A program made the translations under genes and the position numbers. Below the pieces are notes generated by a model. That model was given only the letters and a program-made list of their open reading frames with translations, did not search any database and was not told where the DNA came from. Source: an uncultured bacterium (GTDB taxonomy: Bacteria; Patescibacteriota; Minisyncoccia; Phycocordibacterales; Phycocordibacteraceae). Taken from it: a stretch of 64,000 nt of DNA. Positions within the stretch are counted from its first letter, which is position 1. Every line of letters begins with the position of its first letter. Below are positions 1-9,882 of this stretch, one piece after another. The stretch spans positions 150,885 through 214,884 of the forward strand of contig CAMTYL010000004.1 in NCBI GenBank assembly GCA_947085985.1, in the 5' to 3' direction.

Positions 1-2
1 GA

Positions 3-1850
3 AGAATTATTTCTGCTGCTGGAATAAGCGAGCTACCAACTGCCGGCCAGGCACAGGGAGCGCTTGATCGTCCGTACACCACGGCAACGATGCTCATTAT
101 GCTTTCCATACTTGTAACCATCACCGCGGTGGTTCTACTTGCTGCGGCAATCATGCTCGTTATTCGCGTGGTGGTGCTCTCCCTTCTTATGGTCACGTCG
201 CCTATTGGGTTTGCCGGCATGGCCATACCTGCGCTAAACGGAATTGCGAAAGACTGGTGGCATCAATTATTGAACCAATCGTTCTTTGCTCCTCTTTATT
301 TGCTTATGGTTTTTATAAGCCTCAAGCTTCTCGACGGTCTTAATGGTGAAGGGTCGAGAGCATCTGTTACTGCCGCAATCACGGGAGACATCTCGAGTGG
401 CGGAACGACAGCCGGGAACATGCAGGTGCTTGTGGTGTATGCGGTTGTGATTGGATTTATGGTGGCATCTCTTATGATTGCGAAAAAGATGGGCGCTGCA
501 GGAGCTGGGTTCGCAACAAACGCGGCCAGTGCGGTGGTGTACGGCTCTCTTGCGCGCGCAACTAATTTTGCTGCCGGTGGCGCCACCAAGGGGGCGCTTC
601 AGCTCGCCAGAAAGTATGGTGGTCAGAATACTGTCAGAGCCGCGAATGTTGCCCATAGCTTTGTGCGCGGCTCAAATATTGATATGCGTCGCATGGCTGG
701 CATGGGGGCGCTACTGGGTGTGGCAGGGGCAACTACTGGTGCGAAACCGGCCGAGCACGCAACCTTTGCTGAAATGTCGCATCAAGCGGGTGATATTCGT
801 GACGGAAAAATGATGGACAAGCTCAAGCGGCAAGCGGACGCGGATGAACGCACATACCGACTCAACCAGGTACACGGAGATACCCCGCTCAAGGACGAGC
901 AGAAGCGTGACCTGGCACTCATTACCGAAGAGAAGGAGCTCGCGGCACTGCACGGAATCAAGAGTGGAGTGGCCAGCCTTGCTCGCGCACTGTCTCCTGA
1001 GCAATTCAAGAAACTTATGGAGGGTAAGGAGTTGGGTGATGGGGAGAAAGAGAAGTTGCGCAACGCCCGCCTGGGCATAATTCCAGATCAAATGGCAAGA
1101 ATTGAGAAAGGTAAGTCACCAACCGCAACAGTAGACGAGAAAGAGGACGCTAAGAAAGCGAAGCAAGAGCTCCGGAGCATGTCTGGGTACGACCTTGGTC
1201 AGCTTGGCCGGTCGTCCGAGCACGGTGACTTGTTAAAAGACGAGAAGCTTGCAGCCCTAATTAGCGACGATCAAGCTGAGGGTCTTCAAAAGAATGACAA
1301 TTTAACAGTGACACAGAAGCAGAGTGCTAAAAATGCCCGCAAGGCTCGATTTAATGCTGCTAACGCGAAGACCACAATCGACGCAATGAGTAGAGAGCAG
1401 ATTAATAAACTCGATCAAGACACCGTTGCCGATGACAACGTATTGCCGCACATTAAGCCTGATCACTTGGTGGCCATGATGGACGACAACCGATATGACG
1501 CAACCCAGAAGGCTAAAATAGAGAATGAGCTCAAGAGAAAGTTTGACTTCACTAATGCGGCCGCAACACTCTCAACGATGAGCCCTGGTAAGGTTGCGGA
1601 ATTAAGCGGGGCCATCCTTACACAGCCACATGTGGCAGCGCTGCTTGATGATGGCCACCTAGAGAAAATTCAAAAGGCAGGAAATCTCTCCGGCCCTGAG
1701 CGCGCCGCTATAGGCACACACATACAAAGTGTGCTTGCCAGCCCTGGTAGTCCGCGGGCCGCACAATTCATGGGATACCTAAAGGCAGACCCACGTAACG
1801 CTTCTTATTGGGGAGTTACACTACCAACAAGAAGAACAACCACACCTTAA
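3..1850 (+). CDS. VirB6/TrbL-like polytopic membrane protein with helical-repeat C-terminal tail (5' end outside window)
   Basis: Frame is open from base 3. Several TM segments ('LLMVTSPIGFAGMAIP...WWHQLLNQSFFAP'), a Gly/Ala-rich linker and a charged repeat tail. Lies upstream of prgI/virB4. Confidence 0.65.
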   Translation, partial: RIISAAGISELPTAGQAQGALDRPYTTATMLIMLSILVTITAVVLLAAAIMLVIRVVVLSLLMVTSPIGFAGMAIPALNGIAKDWWHQLLNQSFFAPLYLLMVFISLKLLDGLNGEGSRASVTAAITGDISSGGTTAGNMQVLVVYAVVIGFMVASLMIAKKMGAAGAGFATNAASAVVYGSLARATNFAAGGATKGALQLARKYGGQNTVRAANVAHSFVRGSNIDMRRMAGMGALLGVAGATTGAKPAEHATFAEMSHQAGDIRDGKMMDKLKRQADADERTYRLNQVHGDTPLKDEQKRDLALITEEKELAALHGIKSGVASLARALSPEQFKKLMEGKELGDGEKEKLRNARLGIIPDQMARIEKGKSPTATVDEKEDAKKAKQELRSMSGYDLGQLGRSSEHGDLLKDEKLAALISDDQAEGLQKNDNLTVTQKQSAKNARKARFNAANAKTTIDAMSREQINKLDQDTVADDNVLPHIKPDHLVAMMDDNRYDATQKAKIENELKRKFDFTNAAATLSTMSPGKVAELSGAILTQPHVAALLDDGHLEKIQKAGNLSGPERAAIGTHIQSVLASPGSPRAAQFMGYLKADPRNASYWGVTLPTRRTTTP

Positions 1851-2656
1851 TGGAATACACTGACGAACAAATCATTGCTGCTATAGATGCCGCGCCGGTG
1901 CCGGTGCAGGAGACGCTTCGTAGCTCAGACACGAACAAAGCGTTGGCTGATATTGGGGCTGCGCACAATCTCCACATAGACCAGATTGGTGATTTAGCAG
2001 AAATTAACAGAAATCTTCTCGTTGGTCTTGTGGCGCCAGCTGAGATGTATGGAGAACTTGTTGAGATTGGAGTATCTGCTGACGAAGCGCGCCAGATAAT
2101 GTCTGAAATTAACACTAAAATCTTTGTTCCTTTGAGGGAGAAAATGCGGAGTTCTACTGAAGACTCGCCGACAACTGCTCCAGCGCCGCTTCCAAAGCCA
2201 GCGCCAGTATCGCAAGCACAGCCGTTACCGCAGTACCCCGCAGCACCTCTTCAACAAGAACACGTCACCCGTCCCTTGTCTGGTTTGGCGCCACAGGTTG
2301 CTCCACCAGCACTGCTGTCGCCCGCTCCCCACACGCAAGTGTTTACACCAGCAAGCGGGTGGCCGGGTGCTCCGGCAGGGAACTGGCAACCGGCGGCCGC
2401 GGTACACGTGTATGTTCCGGGCCCAGCACCTGTACACCCTCAAATGGTGGCGCCTGCCACACCTCCTGCTCAACAACCAATTTACACACCCGCCTCTGTA
2501 GAGGAACTTCCTATCCAACCAACACGCCAACCTGAACAGGTGGTACGAACCGTACGTCCGATTCCAGCACCTCCTCCTAATTTGCCGGGCACAACGCCAG
2601 AGCGACCCCTAGAGAAGAACTACGTAGCAGATCCGTATCGCGAGCAGCCGCTTTAG
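1850..2656 (+). CDS. Hypothetical protein: helical N-terminus, Pro-rich linker, C-terminal DPYRE motif
   Basis: TAATG overlap with the upstream stop; ends ...YVADPYREQPL. Confidence 0.75.
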   Translation: MEYTDEQIIAAIDAAPVPVQETLRSSDTNKALADIGAAHNLHIDQIGDLAEINRNLLVGLVAPAEMYGELVEIGVSADEARQIMSEINTKIFVPLREKMRSSTEDSPTTAPAPLPKPAPVSQAQPLPQYPAAPLQQEHVTRPLSGLAPQVAPPALLSPAPHTQVFTPASGWPGAPAGNWQPAAAVHVYVPGPAPVHPQMVAPATPPAQQPIYTPASVEELPIQPTRQPEQVVRTVRPIPAPPPNLPGTTPERPLEKNYVADPYREQPL

Positions 2657-2691
2657 TTTGGTGATTATTCGTTCTCTGATACGCTATACAC

Positions 2692-3126
2692 ATGTCTGAA
2701 AACCCTCCTCGCAATGAGTCCGGCCCCAATTCACCAGCTGAAGCCGCGCCGACACCTTCTTTAGAAGAGACCGGGGAGCGCAACGCAGTCCCGCCAACTC
2801 CAGAAGCACCGGCGCAAGCAATTGCTGAAAGACGCGAACGTTTGGCTCGCACAGCCGTGGAAGCGACACCTAACCAAGCCCCCGCGCAACCAGCAGTAGC
2901 TGCAACTGTCCCGGTAGCTCCTACTAGGGGACCTTTTGGGAAAATCATCCATGGCACGGGCCGAGTAATGGGTAAGGGTTTTAAGATGGGCGCTGGTTTT
3001 CTTCATGGTTTTTTTGGATACATATTTGTACATATGATTTGGCACGGACTTAAGAATCTTCCTTCCTTTGGGGGAGGGGGTGGTGGCTCAAAACCAAGTG
3101 GCGGAGGGGGAGGTGGTCATCACTAA
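2692..3126 (+). CDS. Hypothetical membrane-anchored protein with Gly-rich C-terminus
   Basis: 144-aa ORF with one hydrophobic helix, fits the operon. Confidence 0.6.
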   Translation: MSENPPRNESGPNSPAEAAPTPSLEETGERNAVPPTPEAPAQAIAERRERLARTAVEATPNQAPAQPAVAATVPVAPTRGPFGKIIHGTGRVMGKGFKMGAGFLHGFFGYIFVHMIWHGLKNLPSFGGGGGGSKPSGGGGGGHH

Positions 3127-3173
3127 TTGTTTCTGTGCATAGTTCGTAGTGCCAGCTGGTATACTACGAAGTA

Positions 3174-3602
3174 ATGGAGTACCAAGTACCGCAATTCATT
3201 GAAGTAGAGGACAAGATTTTTGGTCCGTTCACTCTTAAACAGTTTATTTACGTTGCTGGTGGTGTTGGCATATGTGCAATATGTATTCTCTACGTACCCA
3301 TGCCGTTTGGCATTGTGCTTGCCATCCCGTTTGCAGCACTCTCGGCCGCTCTTGCGTTCTATAAGGTAAACAATAAGAGCTTTGTGGAAGTGCTTGAGTC
3401 TGGTTTCAAGTTTTATACCACCGATCGCTTGTACCTGTGGAAGAAGGAGCCGAAGACGGGCAAGGCCGTGGAGCAGGGACCAAGCGTCGCCGCAAGGGCA
3501 CCAGAGCGCGCAGAGCTTCAGAATCTCTCTCGTAGTCGTCTACACGACTTGGCGTGGTCGCTTGATGTGAAGGACACTGGCGCAAATAACGACAACAAAT
3601 AA
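3174..3602 (+). CDS. PrgI-family (VirB3-like) membrane protein
   Basis: 'YQVPQFIEVEDKIFGPFTLKQF' signature followed by 2 TM helices. Confidence 0.85.
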   Translation: MEYQVPQFIEVEDKIFGPFTLKQFIYVAGGVGICAICILYVPMPFGIVLAIPFAALSAALAFYKVNNKSFVEVLESGFKFYTTDRLYLWKKEPKTGKAVEQGPSVAARAPERAELQNLSRSRLHDLAWSLDVKDTGANNDNK

Positions 3603-3604
3603 TC

Positions 3605-4222
3605 ATGCCCCAGTCCAAAGCAACACAGGCATTTGTGCCGGTAAAGGAAGTGCGAAATGGTGTCGTCATCCTTAAAGATGGCGGCTACCGCGGCATTCTC
3701 ATGTGTTCTTCTATCAACTTTGCCCTAAAGTCTGAAGACGAGCAGAAGGCAATCATTGGCGGGTTCCAGAACTTTCTAAATACCCTGGATTTTTCTGTTG
3801 AAATCGTGGTGCACTCTCGCAAAATGGATATCCGTCCCTACCTAGTGATGCTTGAGGGGCGCATGGACTCACAGAGCAATGAGCTGATGCGTCTCCAGTT
3901 GCGTGAGTACATCCAGTTTGTGCGTGGCTTTATGGACTCTACAAGCATCATGACGAAGTTGTTCTACATCGTGGTGCCGTATTCGCCAGCTCCAGCAAAA
4001 GCAGTTGCGGGCGCCGTGTCTATGCTTAGCCGCGGGCAGGGGAGTGGTTCAGGAGACACGTTTGAAGACGACCGTGTGCAGCTAGAGCAGCGCATGGCAC
4101 TTGCTGCCGGCGGGCTCACGTCCGCAGGACTTCGCGCAGTACCGCTTGGTACTGAAGAAATTATTGAACTTTTGTATCGCTCATTTAATTTGGGGGAGCT
4201 GGAGAGCCCAATCAGACTATAA
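3605..4222 (+). CDS. VirB4/TraC-associated protein resembling the N-terminal part of conjugative ATPases
   Basis: 'SINFALKSEDEQ...FLNTLDF' pattern; position between prgI and virB4. Confidence 0.7.
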   Translation: MPQSKATQAFVPVKEVRNGVVILKDGGYRGILMCSSINFALKSEDEQKAIIGGFQNFLNTLDFSVEIVVHSRKMDIRPYLVMLEGRMDSQSNELMRLQLREYIQFVRGFMDSTSIMTKLFYIVVPYSPAPAKAVAGAVSMLSRGQGSGSGDTFEDDRVQLEQRMALAAGGLTSAGLRAVPLGTEEIIELLYRSFNLGELESPIRL

Positions 4223-4234
4223 TGGTATGAGTAT

Positions 4235-4345
4235 GTCTAAAAATCCCATCTACGTCGTTGCGGGTCCCCACTCATCGCTCCGCCGTATGCTTGATACGTC
4301 TCCGCTCTTCGTGTCCCCACGCCTAGTATCTGGGGCTTTTTTGAC
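4235..4345. repeat. REP/MITE-like palindromic intergenic repeat, copy A
   Basis: Shares TACGTCGTTGCGGG, CGCCGTA-N7-TACGTCT and CCCRCGCCT with 25665-25781; imperfect inverted ends. Confidence 0.65.
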
Positions 4346-4364
4346 GCACTCTATACTTTAAACT

Positions 4365-6179
4365 ATGGCACTTCTTGATTTCCTCGGTAGAAACAACAAA
4401 GACGAAACCCCCAGTATCACACCGGTGTTGCCGCGTGATATTTACGCGGAGGGAGCACTAGACTTAGCTGACGCAATTGCGCCCGCTGCACTTAAAGTAA
4501 GCGCTAGAGAGATTGAACTCGGTGAGAAGTTTTCTCGCACGTTCTACACCATATCCTACCCACGCTTTTTAGCTGATGGATGGTTCACGCCCGTCATCAA
4601 CCTAGACCGGGTGTTTGATGTTGGTATTTTTATTCACCCCATAGACACAGGGTCTGCGCTTCGTGGATTCCAGCGCAAGGTGGCTGAAGTAGAGAGTCAG
4701 ATTGAGGACCGTGCAGAGAAGGGGCTGGTACGCGACCCGCTTCTTGATACCGCGTACCAAGACCTAGAAACACTTCGGGACCAGCTACAGCAGGCTCAGG
4801 AGCACCTCTTTGAGGTAGGCTTGTACATCACCATCTACGGCGACACTAAGGAAGAGTTGGACAAAATTGAAGGGGAGTTGCGCAGCATCCTTGATTCAAA
4901 ACTTATATACACAAAACCAGCGCTCTTCCAGCAGGAGCAGGGGTTCCGCTCAACTCTTCCTCTTGCACTTGACCAGCTAGAGGTACACAGCAAACTGAAC
5001 TCATCGCCGCTTTCCTCCATTTTTCCGTTTGTTTCTTTTGACCTCACAAGCGACACGGGTATTCTCTACGGCATCAACCGACATAACTCATCGCTCATTC
5101 TTTTTGACCGGTTCTCCATGGAGAACTACAACTCGGTGGTGTTCGCTAAGTCTGGTTCTGGTAAGTCGTATGCAGTGAAGCTAGAGGTTCTGCGCTCCCT
5201 TATGTTTGGGACAGATGTCATTGTTATTGACCCAGAGCGTGAGTATGAAGACCTTGCGAGCGCCACTGGTGGCCGCACGTTCAATATCTCGCTTTCCTCC
5301 GAACACCACATCAATCCTTTTGACTTGCCTCCCGTAAAAGAGGACGAGGAGCCCGCCGACATTCTTCGCTCAAACATCATTAACTTGGTAGGGCTGTTCC
5401 GCATTATGCTCGGGGGACTTACCCCAGAAGAGGACGCGATTGTGGACAGAGCTATTACCGAGACCTATGCGCTGAAGGACATTACCGGTGACAACGACTT
5501 TACGGGCGTGGAGCCGCCCCTGCTCTCTGATTTTGAACAGATTCTTTCTGGCATGGAGGGGTCACAATCTCTCGTGACACGCCTTTCTAAATACACACAT
5601 GGCACGTGGTCTGGCTTTTTGAACCAGCCAACCAACGTGGACATCAACAAGCAGTTTATTGTCTTCTCGGTGCGCGATATGGAGGACGAGCTGAAGCCGG
5701 TGGCAATGTACATCATCACGCACTTTATTTGGAACGCGGTGCGTCATGAGCTGAAGAAGCGCCTTCTCGTGATTGACGAGGCGTGGTGGATGATGAAGTC
5801 GGACGACACTGCCTCCTTCCTCTACAGCCTGGCAAAGCGTGGCCGCAAATATTACCTAGGGCTTGCAACCATCACTCAAGACGTTGAAGACTTCTTGAAG
5901 AGCCCCTATGGAAGACCAATTCTTTCAAACTCATCTATTCAGCTACTCTTGAAGCAATCACCAACCACTATCAATGTTCTGCAGGAAACATTCAACCTAA
6001 CGGACGAGGAGAAGTTCTTGCTCCTTGAATCGGGAGTAGGGGAGGGGCTCTTTTTTGCGGGACTTAAACACGTTGCCATTAAAATTGTGGCTTCGTACAC
6101 GGAGGACCAAATAATTACTTCTGACCCTTCTCAGATGCTCGCCATTAAACAGGAAAAGAGTCGGCTTGAGGCTGCATAG
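4365..6179 (+). CDS. virB4: VirB4-like type IV secretion ATPase
   Basis: Walker A AKSGSGKS, 'VIDPEREY', Walker B LLVIDEAW, 'KRGRKY...TQD'. Confidence 0.9.
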   Translation: MALLDFLGRNNKDETPSITPVLPRDIYAEGALDLADAIAPAALKVSAREIELGEKFSRTFYTISYPRFLADGWFTPVINLDRVFDVGIFIHPIDTGSALRGFQRKVAEVESQIEDRAEKGLVRDPLLDTAYQDLETLRDQLQQAQEHLFEVGLYITIYGDTKEELDKIEGELRSILDSKLIYTKPALFQQEQGFRSTLPLALDQLEVHSKLNSSPLSSIFPFVSFDLTSDTGILYGINRHNSSLILFDRFSMENYNSVVFAKSGSGKSYAVKLEVLRSLMFGTDVIVIDPEREYEDLASATGGRTFNISLSSEHHINPFDLPPVKEDEEPADILRSNIINLVGLFRIMLGGLTPEEDAIVDRAITETYALKDITGDNDFTGVEPPLLSDFEQILSGMEGSQSLVTRLSKYTHGTWSGFLNQPTNVDINKQFIVFSVRDMEDELKPVAMYIITHFIWNAVRHELKKRLLVIDEAWWMMKSDDTASFLYSLAKRGRKYYLGLATITQDVEDFLKSPYGRPILSNSSIQLLLKQSPTTINVLQETFNLTDEEKFLLLESGVGEGLFFAGLKHVAIKIVASYTEDQIITSDPSQMLAIKQEKSRLEAA

Positions 6180-6191
6180 GGCCTCACTACA

Positions 6192-6731
6192 ATGGCATAC
6201 GACGGAGATCCAGCAGAATATTTACGCGCACTGGACACTCACCGCGAGCGCCAGGCGGAGCACCACGCTCGGGTTTTTGCCTCTATCGCAGAGCTTTACA
6301 GCAGCAAGGGTGAGCAGTTTGGGGACGAGGAGGCAAAGCAACTGCTTGGTGAGGGCAAGAAACCAACGATACCGGACTTTCCCGTACTTATCTTTGGACT
6401 AGCTGCGGTAAAGGATGCGCTGGACGTGCTGGACCTCACTATTGTGGGCACTATTGTTGTGTTCTTTTTTTCCGTCATTATTGCGATTATTCTGGCTATT
6501 TGGACGTTCGGGAAGATAAGTGGGGGGTGGTGGAAGAAGGCCCTCATTAAAAAAATTCTCGTCCGCTACGGAATTTGTATCGCTATTGAGCTGATCCCTT
6601 TTGTACAAATGGTCCCGACCACCATGGTGTTTGTTCTCCTTGCCCACTATCACGAGACAAAAATTGCAAAGTTATTTAATGAAGCCTTGGAGCGCATACA
6701 CCGAGGCGGCATTGCTCGAAGAGGGTCCTAG
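6192..6731 (+). CDS. Hypothetical membrane protein
   Basis: 179 aa with 2-3 TM helices. Confidence 0.7.
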   Translation: MAYDGDPAEYLRALDTHRERQAEHHARVFASIAELYSSKGEQFGDEEAKQLLGEGKKPTIPDFPVLIFGLAAVKDALDVLDLTIVGTIVVFFFSVIIAIILAIWTFGKISGGWWKKALIKKILVRYGICIAIELIPFVQMVPTTMVFVLLAHYHETKIAKLFNEALERIHRGGIARRGS

Positions 6732-6783
6732 TGTTCAGTTGCTTGGTGTGGGCCCGTACCCACTTGAGCGGTATACTGTGTCT

Positions 6784-7776
6784 ATGTTTAGGCCTGGAGT
6801 TGTCCTTGTATTATTTCTGGTACTGCTAACACAGACGACTGTGGCGCACGCCCAGTTTTCGTCAGAAGAGAATCCTATAAATAGTATCCTTACTCCAACC
6901 TACCCGCGCCCGTATCAGACCGCTATTGTGAGTCCACGAAGTAGCCTGATTGATTTGTCTGCAAGTACAGTGGTGATTTCTGTAAACGGTACCGTAATTC
7001 AACGGGGCAGTGGTACGCAGGGCGCCGCTTTTCGTATTGGGGGCCCGGGTGAGACGACGACTGTTGTGGTGACGGTCACCGCTCCGGGAGGGAAAGTGTA
7101 CACCGACACCATCACTGTGCGCCCTGCAGATGTGGCGCTTGTGGTAGAGCCCGCGACTACCGTTCATCCCTTTTACAAGGGACTTCCGCTTGTTGCTCCT
7201 GAGGGGCGTGTTCGGCTGGTTGCCGTGCCGGACCTACGGAGCTCTGCGTCAACCAGCATAGACCCTAGTAAACTGGTGTATACCTGGAAGCTTGGGGAGC
7301 GGGTCCTTACTGACGCCTCGGGCATAGGCCGCTCGGTACTTGTCGCCACAGCACCTATTAAGTATCGCGACGCTACTATATCGCTCCTCGTGACGAGCCA
7401 AGACTCTAGCGTGGTGGCACAAGCATCGACTGTCATAGAGCCGAGTGACGCCATTGTTCGTATGTACCCATACGACCCGCTACTTGGACCAAACTATGAT
7501 CTGGCCTTAGAAAATGAATACACGCTAAACGCGACCGAGGGCACACTTAGGGCTATTCCGTACTTCTTTTCTTCTTCTCCGACGATAGAGTGGAGTGTTG
7601 GTGGGGTGCCGCAAAGCGCGCAGCGTGATATCACCGTGCGGGCAACCGGCTCGGGGCGGGGGGCAACCGCGCTTGAGGTGAGGGCACGCATAACCGGAAC
7701 CCCGAACATTGCTACCAACAGATCCTTGCTTCGATTCGGCGAAAGTGTGTCACCATTTAGTATCTTCGGCTTCTAG
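6784..7776 (+). CDS. Secreted beta-rich (Ig-like) protein
   Basis: Signal peptide MFRPGVVLVLFLVLL...AHA; TATACT 6 nt upstream of the ATG. Confidence 0.7.
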   Translation: MFRPGVVLVLFLVLLTQTTVAHAQFSSEENPINSILTPTYPRPYQTAIVSPRSSLIDLSASTVVISVNGTVIQRGSGTQGAAFRIGGPGETTTVVVTVTAPGGKVYTDTITVRPADVALVVEPATTVHPFYKGLPLVAPEGRVRLVAVPDLRSSASTSIDPSKLVYTWKLGERVLTDASGIGRSVLVATAPIKYRDATISLLVTSQDSSVVAQASTVIEPSDAIVRMYPYDPLLGPNYDLALENEYTLNATEGTLRAIPYFFSSSPTIEWSVGGVPQSAQRDITVRATGSGRGATALEVRARITGTPNIATNRSLLRFGESVSPFSIFGF

Positions 7777-7780
7777 ACAT

Positions 7781-8635
7781 ATGCGAACACTACTCATACT
7801 TGTACTCTTGCTTGCGGTCACGGTGCCTTTTGTGGTGCTTGCTGAGCCTACAGACCCGGACAGGCCTGCCTTTGTTCCCCTCACCAGTATTCCTGGTATT
7901 GAAAGTGCTGGAAATGCAGACTCTCTGCCAGATTTTCTAAACAGTCTCTACCGTCTGGCGATTGGCCTGGCCGCAGTGCTGGCCGTGCTTCAAATTGTGC
8001 GTGCGGGCATTATGTATATGGGCGGAGACTCAGTGACGGAGAAGAAAGAGGCGAAAAGTCTCATTGCTTTGTCTATTGGTGGGTTAATTCTGATTCTTTC
8101 TCCCGTCGTTGTTTTTTCAGTCATAAACCCAGATATTCTGAGCCTTAAAATAAACGCTATTGGGGAGCTTAAACAAACCGAATTCGAAAGATACAAACAA
8201 GGCCAGGAAATTGGAGCGCGCACCGAGACATTGCTTTGGACAAATTCTTCACTTGCTCGCAGCGCTGCCGAAACAAAGTGTACGGCCGATGGTGGCGACA
8301 AGCTGGCATACGTTTGTAAGAAGCCGGATGGCACTACCCGGACCTTGGCCGCAAACCAAACGTGCGCCGCAGGAGAGATAACTACAAGTTTTTGCTACAA
8401 GACTGGAGGCACTGGTGGTGGCTCCGACAGCGAAACACAGAAGATGTGCGAGAAATATCATCGACAGATTGCGCCTTCTCCTGGATCGTGCTCTAAGCTT
8501 GCAGGCGAGGACTGGGCCTCAATTAATTCGGCCTGTTGCTTTGATGTAAAAACCGGCCAGCAGTGTTGCGGAAAAATAAAAGTTTCTCCAAACGAGCCTC
8601 CGCCCACTGGCCCCAACGTCAACCAACAGCAGTAG
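7781..8635 (+). CDS. VirB2/TrbC-like pilin domain fused to a Cys-rich C-terminal domain
   Basis: Signal peptide; 'LAAVLAVLQIVRAGIMYM...KKEAK...IGGLIL' two-helix pilin pattern; 10 Cys in the tail. Confidence 0.7.
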   Translation: MRTLLILVLLLAVTVPFVVLAEPTDPDRPAFVPLTSIPGIESAGNADSLPDFLNSLYRLAIGLAAVLAVLQIVRAGIMYMGGDSVTEKKEAKSLIALSIGGLILILSPVVVFSVINPDILSLKINAIGELKQTEFERYKQGQEIGARTETLLWTNSSLARSAAETKCTADGGDKLAYVCKKPDGTTRTLAANQTCAAGEITTSFCYKTGGTGGGSDSETQKMCEKYHRQIAPSPGSCSKLAGEDWASINSACCFDVKTGQQCCGKIKVSPNEPPPTGPNVNQQQ

Positions 8636-8637
8636 CC

Positions 8638-9843
8638 ATGAACAAGCGCACACTTATTATCGGGGCTAGCGTTGTCGTCGTTTTGGGAATTCTTGTCGCT
8701 GGATATTTTATGTTTTTCTCTGGTAGTGATGGTCCTGGTGCTACCCCCAATCCCTTTGTTGGGGCGGGGGACCGCGAGCCCGGGAATAATGATGTTCCCA
8801 CAGGTTCGGTTGAGGGGGCTGGCACGATTGTCGCACCCCGTCTCATGAAAATAACTGATGGTCCTGTGGCACACGGGGCTTTGGCAATGCAGATTAGTGT
8901 TCCGGGTCTTTCCACATCTACCCCGGCGCTGGAAGACACTGAGGTTCGCTATATTGAACGACAAAGTGGCAACGTGTATGCGTTCCGTCTTCATGACCGC
9001 ACCCTTACTCGCATAAGCAACAAAACCTTACCTGGAATTATTGATGCTTCGTGGTTCCCGGACGGCTCGCGTGCGCTCGCCCGGTTTGTATCAAACGAGG
9101 CCGGGGTTGATAGGGTGGCGACATATGCACTTCCCACAAATGGTACTGAGGGGTACTTTCTAGAGTCAGATTTAGCGTCTGTTGGTGTTTATGCTTCGTC
9201 TAGCATCTACGTTCTTACGTCTGGCTCAGCTGGGTCTGCGGCCAGCGTTATTGCTCCTGGAAGTGGGGCGGTGACCACGCTTTTTACCACACCTCTTTCT
9301 GCAGTAACCACTGTCCCTTTTGGTCGTAGCGACTTTGTGGTTACTACCAAACCTTCTCAGACGATAGACGGGTATTCGTTTATGTATTCATCCAGCTCTG
9401 GAACACTTTCTCGTCTTCTTGGTCCGCATGCCGGACTTTCAACACTTCCTGACCCCACGGGAAAATACGTTCTCTTCAGCTACATATATCGCGGTAAGGT
9501 GTTGCTCGCGGTCACTGATGTTGCTACAAGAACAGTGACGCAGCTTCCGGTAGCCACACTTGCAGAGAAGTGCACGTGGGCACCTGATGGTCTGTCGCTT
9601 TACTGCGGTGTGCCGTCGACCCTCTCCACCGATCTCCCAGACGCGTGGTACCAGGGCGCCAAGCACTTTACTGACCGCCTTTGGAGCATAGACCTTGGTA
9701 CACGCTTGGCCACTCTTATGATTGACCCGCTTGCGGTGGCAGATGTGTCTATTGATATGGTGGCGCTCACGGTAGACCCAGTAGAGGACGCTATTATTTT
9801 CACCAACAAAACAGATGGTTCGCTGTGGGCGTATGACTTCTAG
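8638..9843 (+). CDS. Membrane-anchored beta-propeller (TolB/WD40-like) protein
   Basis: N-terminal TM; 'SWFPDG', 'PDPTG', 'WAPDG' blade motifs. Confidence 0.65.
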   Translation: MNKRTLIIGASVVVVLGILVAGYFMFFSGSDGPGATPNPFVGAGDREPGNNDVPTGSVEGAGTIVAPRLMKITDGPVAHGALAMQISVPGLSTSTPALEDTEVRYIERQSGNVYAFRLHDRTLTRISNKTLPGIIDASWFPDGSRALARFVSNEAGVDRVATYALPTNGTEGYFLESDLASVGVYASSSIYVLTSGSAGSAASVIAPGSGAVTTLFTTPLSAVTTVPFGRSDFVVTTKPSQTIDGYSFMYSSSSGTLSRLLGPHAGLSTLPDPTGKYVLFSYIYRGKVLLAVTDVATRTVTQLPVATLAEKCTWAPDGLSLYCGVPSTLSTDLPDAWYQGAKHFTDRLWSIDLGTRLATLMIDPLAVADVSIDMVALTVDPVEDAIIFTNKTDGSLWAYDF

Positions 9844-9850
9844 AGCGTAA

Positions 9851-9882
9851 AGAAAACGGCCCGTGTATGCGGGCCGTTTTCT
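9851..9882. terminator. Bidirectional intrinsic terminator
   Basis: AGAAAACGGCCCG-tgtatg-CGGGCCGTTTTCT between convergent genes. Confidence 0.8.
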
